Positions 56,321-64,000 of a stretch of 64,000 nt of DNA are shown piece after piece. A program made the translations under genes and the position numbers. Under the pieces are notes generated by a model. That model did not search any database and was not told the origin of the DNA. It saw nothing but the letters and a program-made list of their open reading frames with translations. Source of the stretch: the human T2T-CHM13v2.0 reference genome, Homo sapiens. The number at the start of each line of letters is the position of its first letter. Positions within the stretch are counted from its first letter, which is position 1. The stretch lies in NCBI RefSeq assembly GCF_009914755.1, contig NC_060932.1, one strand, 5' to 3'.

Positions 56321-57929
56321 GAGAATGACAAGTTCAGTAAAGTATACCCTATGTCCATTTTGCATATTTTGCTGGTAAATGCTTGGACAATAATGTTTGC
56401 TTCAAGGCGAGCCTGTGTTGATCTCTGAGGGTGCATTTCCTTCATCCCCAAGTGTAAATGCTGCCTGTCCTGAAAGAGGACCCAGGGTCAAAGCTGCCTT
56501 CTGCAGGCAGCCCTCCTAGATTTCCTCTGGTAGAAGTAAACTCTCCCTCTTTTGAATTCTCAAAGCGCTCCTGTCTTCTTGGAGCTTTCCACTTTATACA
56601 ACAGTTGCTAACGAATATCTGTCCCTCTGCCCTCCTGGACTGTAAACAAATTGAGATCAGGGTCAGTCTTACTGTCTTCCAGATTCTTGGATGGCACCTG
56701 GAACAAAGATGCCCTTCAACAGAAACATGTATTCGGGATGCTGGCTCATGACTAGCACTGATCTGTGCTAATGTCTCATGGATTTTTTGAGCTTTTATGG
56801 TGTTGCCTCCTTCATTGCAAATTATCCTTTTCTCTCCATATGTTTGCCCTACTCTCTTGCCACAGTCAGGCTTAGGATAATTTTTAGAAGAGGATAATGA
56901 CAATCAGTTCCATCTAGTCATGCAGATTGAGTTCATTGGATTGCAAGTTTTAAGTGGCATTATAAATAGTTCTTGGAGTAAGCGCTCTGCTTTGAGTGAA
57001 GAGAGAACAAAATTTCTCATGTAGGTAGCAACCCTTTTAGTGTTGTGGAGGTTTTTAGCAAGGCTTATATCCAACCATGGTGCATTTGGATGGTTATATT
57101 AGTTGATAAAATAATGAAATACTTCCATAGCAGTAAGTGAACAGCTCCTGTCTTGAGCCCACTGAGTGCCCTTCTGACAGCCAAGACCCACTTGTATCCA
57201 GCAATTAATGCGTCAATGTCTGGTTTAGCAGGAGGTCCAGGGCTCTGCAGTAGCACCACGGCTGGGGCACTTTGATAGGTTGATACCCATGCCATTGGTA
57301 TTTTGACTACCACCTCTGCTTACCAAGTGTGTCTGTCAGTGATGCTGAGGTATTTCCTCCTAAAGAAAACAGGATTTGGGGACATTTTGGATAAAAGAGA
57401 GCTGATTAGAAGACTGCAGAGAATAGCAATTCCAACCCACTGATTTTTATCATTTAGTAATTGCATTACCTTAGGCACAATGCTTCACCTCTACTCAGTT
57501 TTCTTGTCTGTAAAAGAGGGATATAAATTCATTCCTTTATCCATCCATTCATCCGTCCATTTACCCACTCACTCATTTATCCATCTGATAAATAACTGTG
57601 CCAAACAGGAAGTGTTGACTGATGGTGACCAGACACACATTTAGGAGATTCAATTTGGGGAACTTACCATAAATCTAATTTTTAAGGTCAAATGAGACAT
57701 CGAGAGGGAAAGCCTTTTGAAAGTGCAGAGGACTTGACTGATGTCGAGGTGTCCAGTACATCAATAATATCCACTCAAAGAACAGGCTGGGACATTGCTG
57801 TGCACTCTAACATTCAGTAAGGACCTTCCGCACTTCAGGTATTCATGACATTTGTCTAAATCTCACATAGGGCCAAAAGGACTAGGAGTCAGTTTTCATT
57901 TAACTATTTGTTGAAAGCCTCCGTGTTCC

Positions 57930-58930
<1,001 letters not shown>

Positions 58931-59976
58931 TTGTGTCAGGGGCTATTAAGGGACAAGAGAAGTGTAGGCTGTGGGAGGTTGAGGTTTAGCTGAAGTCTTG
59001 AGACTTCAATCTCATGGCACAATCAAAGAACATGGCAGAAAGTGTTTAGCAGAGAGCTGAGAGTGAATGCTGTTAGGTGGTGGTGGCAGGGGCGGGGGGG
59101 TGGTCATCGAATGTTGGAATCAGTTTCAGCAGTGATTGAACTGACCTGGCTTTGGCGTTCTTAAGAATAGCCTGGACGGCATCAGATAGGGGATTTCTGG
59201 GAGATTCCAGTGTAAAGGCGAAGTTTGGGGCTGGATTCCTTTCAGTTTAACAAACATTTAGAGAGTGCCCCTCAGGGTCAGGCGTGGGGTATGGAGGAAA
59301 ACACACCGGCCCCTGGCATCCAAGGGCTCTCAGTCCAGCAGGGGACATACAGTGGTCAACAGGAACTGCAATTCAGAGTGGATGGCTCCAGTGGGATCCT
59401 GCCCCAGGGGAGGCAGTACAATAACTCTGGGTGGGCAGAGAGTGCTGGCAGGCAAAGAGAACACTTCGTAGGAGAGTGGGGACTTGAAGGATGAGTGAGA
59501 ACTCCTTGGGAAGGAAGGGAGGGGGCCCCCAAGTCTCAGCAGTGGAGAGGCTGGAGGCCAGAAGAGAGAGTGGGGCACTGTTGTCCAGGCTTGCTAGAGC
59601 ATAAAGCAGAGAATGGGAGAGTTGGTCCTTTGAGACTGTTTGCCACACCTGGGGCCAGCTACCTCTTCTCATGCCTTAGGTTTGCTTATTTCCTTAACTG
59701 GTCCAGGCTGGGCTTCCTTGTAGGGAGGACTTGCTTTGCATTTACTCTTTATGTAAAGTAAAGATGTCTAGGAGGCATATGATAAAGGTCAATTGTGGAA
59801 GGACTCTGGTTGAGCAGCAGGCCCTGTACTTGAAAAGCGTCCTGCCAGTGTAGGCAATACAGGTGCCCCTCAGTGCTTGCCCTGGGGGGCCTGCCACAGC
59901 ACAGCACTGCAATGGCTGGAGGAGCCACCTCTGCTCATGGTCCAGTACCTTGGGAACAGTAAGCCATGTGCTTGGG

Positions 59977-60545
59977 CAGCGTTGGCCATATAATTTGCAT
60001 GGCTCAGTGCAAAATGGAAACGTAGAGCCCCTTAAGTTTAAAAGACAGGAAAAAAGTCTTTTCTGTTTTCCACAGTCTTTCTCATGATCTGTCATGGTGC
60101 TCTTTATTTGGGTTTATTAATAATGTCATGTTCTCTCTAAAGCACAGGGATGCTCATGGGGCAAGCGCAGACTCTCATAGGTACCCGGAGCTCCCCTCCA
60201 CATCAATCACCTAAGGTCCCTGCACCTGACTTGGACTCTTCTGCACCTGTGAAAGGCAGCAGAGATAGCTGGGCCAGCAAGGGGGAGCAGGTGGCCAAGA
60301 ACCTTTCCTGGAGAGGCAAGGAGGCAGTGGGAGGAGGAGGAGGAACACACAAGGGTGAAGGCCCTAAGCCCCTGGCACATGTACACTGTCCCATCATACT
60401 TCTCTTACAAAACACAATTTCAAATTCTTATGAAGAATTGCAAGGTGGTGACTGCAGAGCATTACACCCCAAGTTCAAGTCCCCTTCTGAGCCTGGGACA
60501 CTCTGTGATTATATTGGTTGCAGGTTTTGTTCTTGAGGTTGACAG
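59977..60545 (-). mobile_element. hAT-Tip100 element (MER45/MER115-type)
   Basis: ataatttgcatggctcagtgcaaaatggaaa...aagaattgcaaggtggtgactgcagagcatta...ccccttctgagc resembles reverse-complement MER45-family ends. Confidence 0.6.
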
Positions 60546-61067
60546 ACTCCATTTCCACTCACTTCCCACCCTGAGGCTCACCCTAACTCCACTGGAGCAA
60601 GTGGACTTGGTCATCAGGACCACGAAGAGGTCATCAGGACTCTTGCAAGACAATCAAGTGGATGGGAAACGAAGTTCCTGAGAGGCTGGTGGTGCAGGTT
60701 GTGACTTGTGTCTGACCTCTGGCAAATCCATGGATCCTTCTTTGACCCTGGATGGCCCCATCATCTAGCCTCTGAGGGTCATAGTCCAGGCCAAATGAGA
60801 AATACAGTATTCTGAGAGTTATGCTGGGCTGTGATGAAGAACCGCGATTAGACTGGTTCTGTGGTCCCAAGAGTTGGAAGGGGAGATTATGGCACAGTGA
60901 CCATGTCTGCGAGCCAGAGCTCGGCCAGGAGGGCCCACGTCTAGCCTGAGTGACCACTTAGCAGGGCTACAGTTGTGTAGAAAACATTCCAGCTTAGTAT
61001 AGGAGGATACACTTAGTGACCTGTGGGGCCTCTCCCTACTCAGGGATTTTATGGTCTGCTGCTGAGG

Positions 61068-62075
61068 AATTTTTAACTGTAAAAAACCATAAAATTTACC
61101 ATTGTAACTATTTTAAGTGTACAGTTCAGTTGTGTTAAATGTATTTACACTGTTGTACAATAGACCTCTGAAACTTTTTCATCTTGTAAAACTGAAACTA
61201 TACCCATTGAAAAACAATTCCCCATTTCCCTTCCTCTCAGCCCCTGGCAACTACCGTTCTACTTTCTGTTTCTCTGTTTCTATGAGTGTGACTACCTATA
61301 CTACTCATACCTCATATAAGTGGAATCAAATACTATTGGTCTTTTCGTGCCTAACTTATTCACTTAACATAATGTCCTCAAGGTTCATCCATGTTGTGGC
61401 ATGTGACAAGATTTCCTTCATTGTTATAGTACATTATATGTCTATATCACAGTTTTGTTTATCCTTTCATCCATTGATGGATATTGGGTTGCTTCTATTT
61501 CTTGGCTATTATCAATAGTGCTGTTACAAATATGGGTGTGCAAATATCTCTTCAAGATTCTGCTTTCTATTCTTTTGGATATATACCCAGAACCGGTATT
61601 GCTGGGTCACGTGGTAGTTCTATTTTTAATTTTTTGAGTAACCGCCATTCTGTTTCCTAAAGTGTCTGTACCATTTTACGTTCCTGCCAACATTGTGCAA
61701 GGATTCCAACTTCTTTATATCTTTGTCACCACTTGTTATTTTCTGTATTTTTATTTTTTAAGTTTTTAGAGACAGGATTTTACTCTGTCGTCTAGGCTGG
61801 AGTGCAGTCGTGCCATCTTGCCTCACTGCAGCCTTGAACTTCTGGGCTCAAGTGATCTTCCCGCCTCAGCTTCCTGAGTAGCTGGGACTACAGGTGTCCA
61901 CCACCATGCCAGGCTAATTTTTGGATTTTTTTTTTTTTTTTGTAGAGACTGGATCTTGCTGTGTTGCCCAGGATGGTCTCAAACTCCTGGTCACAAGTGA
62001 TTCTCCCACCTTACCTTTTTTTTGAGTGTGTGCCGGGACAGCGGGGTAGTAGCCATCCTGATGGGTGTGAGGATT
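61068..62075 (-). mobile_element. L1MB-type 3' fragment interrupted by an Alu
   Basis: cataaaatttaccattgtaactattttaagtgtacagttcag...cctcatataagtggaatc...atatacccagaa. Confidence 0.8.
61745..62012 (-). mobile_element. AluJ-type SINE, truncated
   Basis: ctcactgcagccttgaacttctgggctcaagtgatc...ggtctcaaactcctgg. Confidence 0.85.
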
Positions 62076-62519
62076 GTACTCTTGCAGAGGGCCAGACATG
62101 TCAACCGATGCAAGCTGTGGGGTATCTGGGGCTGGGTAAAAGTCAAGTCAGGGCACCACAGGGCGGCTGTGGGGAGGTTGGATCTTACTGATGATGATGG
62201 CATCAGGAAAGGGGTTAGTGTAGAGGCCGCCCTCGGGCTGAGAGACTTGAAAGGTGTTTGTCAAGCCGCTTGTAACGTGCCATTGATCTACTGTGAGACC
62301 TTGGGCAAGTTCATTCATCTGTTTGAGCCACTGTTTCTCCATTTCTGACAGGATGGGCTGGGCCAAGCAGCAGCATGAGGGAAGTATGGAATTGTGAAAC
62401 AATCTGGCCAGTTTATCTCCTTTCGCCCCAGGTACTATGATTTCAACCTTTGCCTCAGGTGGTTTCCAGTGTAAATCCCTCAGAGCCGTGCCTCCAGGCC
62501 CCTTGCAAGGAGCCTTTTT

Positions 62520-62760
62520 CATGGCCAACTGGAAACAAGCCAACATGCACCCGGTGCCCTGCTCCCAGCAGCTGCCATCTGTGTGCGTTGGCTGGTGGCT
62601 CACATGACCTCAGCTGCAGCTGTGGGAGGCTTTGGGATCTTGGCTGTCCAGCTGACTGCCTGCTGGGGGCAGGGGCATTTATTCTGCGTGACAGAAGGTA
62701 ACATCTGTGGCTGGAGAGATAAGGAGAATTTCCGTCTGAGTCACTGGAGGAAACAGGAAA
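62520..62760. promoter_or_regulatory. Candidate enhancer: E-box cluster, E-box/GATA composite, AP-1
   Basis: Four CAGCTG, two CATCTG, CAACTG and CACATG within ~180 bp. CATCTG-N9-AGATAA at 62702-62722 and TGAGTCA at 62737-62743. Motif evidence only. Confidence 0.4.
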
Positions 62761-62968
62761 AAGAAAAACCTCCGACTGAGGAAAGAATCCTCAGGTTGCA
62801 GCAAGAGAAGCTGGTGTGCCATTCTTCCGGCCTAAACCTGGTCAGAAGCAGGCTTAGGCTCTCAGAGTATTGCCTGGGCCCGGACTTTGTGCAGGGCCCC
62901 AGCAGCCCATCGTGAGGGGGAACTAAGATGTGTGTGCCAGGGACTCAGAGACCATTAGCGAGCGAAGG

Positions 62969-62984
62969 CAGCGCCTCCTGCTGG
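62969..62984 (-). promoter_or_regulatory. Candidate CTCF site
   Basis: Reverse complement CCAGCAGGAGGCGCTG is one base from the CCASCAGGGGGCGCTG core. Local CpGs are retained. Confidence 0.55.
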
Positions 62985-63762
62985 TGATAAATGAAATACA
63001 GCAGAGCCGTGGGCTCCCGTAGGCACCGCCAACCTGGAAATCCTCCACGTCCCTTTGCCAAGAGAAACTGACATGTTTCTGGACTCTTAAGGTTCACATT
63101 TTGGTCTGTGGGTAGCTTATAATTGATGTGTATAATTATTGTGGTGTGGTTTATAAATCGATGGCACACCTTTTTTCTCCTTGATCTCATTGACTGTCAC
63201 AGCAGCCCAATGAGATAGATTTTAAAGTGTAGCTAGTAAGCGGTGGAGCCATGATTTGAACTCAAAGTGTGTAATCCAAAGCCCCACTTTCCTCCCTCCC
63301 ACTAAATCTCATTGCCTGGCCCTGGCTTCGGAGAACTCAATAGCTGAGATTTATACAGCCCCCCCCCAGACCCCCATTCTGTCTTGCCTTCTCTGCTCTC
63401 AGTCTAGCCACATCCTTCCCTGTACTATGGAGGGGCTGTTGCTCACCACATTTCTGCCGAATAAGCTGCTATGCAGCGTGGTGATAATGACAGAGGAAAA
63501 GTTATCTGAGCCAGAGGCCCAAGCAGGTGTTTTGCACCAACTCCTCCAAGGGTTCCAAAGGTGGAGAGAAAATGTCTGAATCAGACAGCAAGATGCTGAT
63601 GGATATTCACAGCTGTGATCCTGGAGGGAAAGGAAACAAACTCCATTTTCTAGGTGATGGGACAGAGGCACAGAGAGGCGAATGAAGCAACTTCGTCAAT
63701 GTCACCTGCAGAATGAGATACAATGCACGGCCATTGGCTTTGATGCCCTTGCTTTTTCCACG

Positions 63763-63846
63763 TATTCTGTTGAACTATATGAAATTGCCATCTGAATGGG
63801 TCAAAAACAGTTGACTCTAAGCAACTTCATATAGTTCAACTCAATG
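63763..63846. mobile_element. MADE2-type mariner MITE (hairpin)
   Basis: TIRs gttgaactatatgaaattgc (63769-63788) and gcaacttcatatagttcaac (63821-63840), 19/20 complementary. Confidence 0.8.
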
Positions 63847-64000
63847 TCATGCTGCTTCCCCAGGGCACTGCAAAATTCTGCAGGTACTCCCGAGTTCTCA
63901 GAAAAAGTTATGCATAAGAGTAGCCAATTTATTTTAGGTTATTTTTAAAATCAGTAATTTAAGCATAGTGATGATGTTGGTGATGATGATGATGACAATA

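Noticed and set aside
59200-63700. GC-richer ORFs of 100-150 aa as host-gene exons
   Set aside because: No recognisable protein family, overlapping ORFs on both strands, partly inside a hAT element, and no consistent exon chain.

Overview
Primate (human-like) genomic DNA: repeat-rich, with no host protein-coding exon that I can support. From left to right it contains a full-length but ORF1/ORF2-disabled young LINE-1 (L1PA2-type, minus strand, 301-6371) nested inside a second, truncated young L1, which itself sits in an old L1M. The nested L1 keeps its CpG-rich 5'UTR and an intact antisense ORF0 (5921-6136). Next come old L1MC/L2/MIR/MaLR relics, a complete two-LTR MER66-type ERV1 provirus (27268-34844; ATAT TSD, tRNA-Glu-like PBS, PPT), a ~4.8 kb L1PB-type fragment, and a near-complete MER75 piggyBac MITE that still encodes a PGBD4-like transposase N-terminus. 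There are also about 12 Alus and several hAT/mariner MITEs. The most unusual structure is a gapless ~300 bp foldback (142-bp arms, 15-nt loop) at 47954-48252. A candidate enhancer/CTCF module lies at about 62.5-63.0 kb. Repeat subfamily names come from my recollection of consensus sequences, not from a RepeatMasker run, and the boundaries of old elements are approximate.
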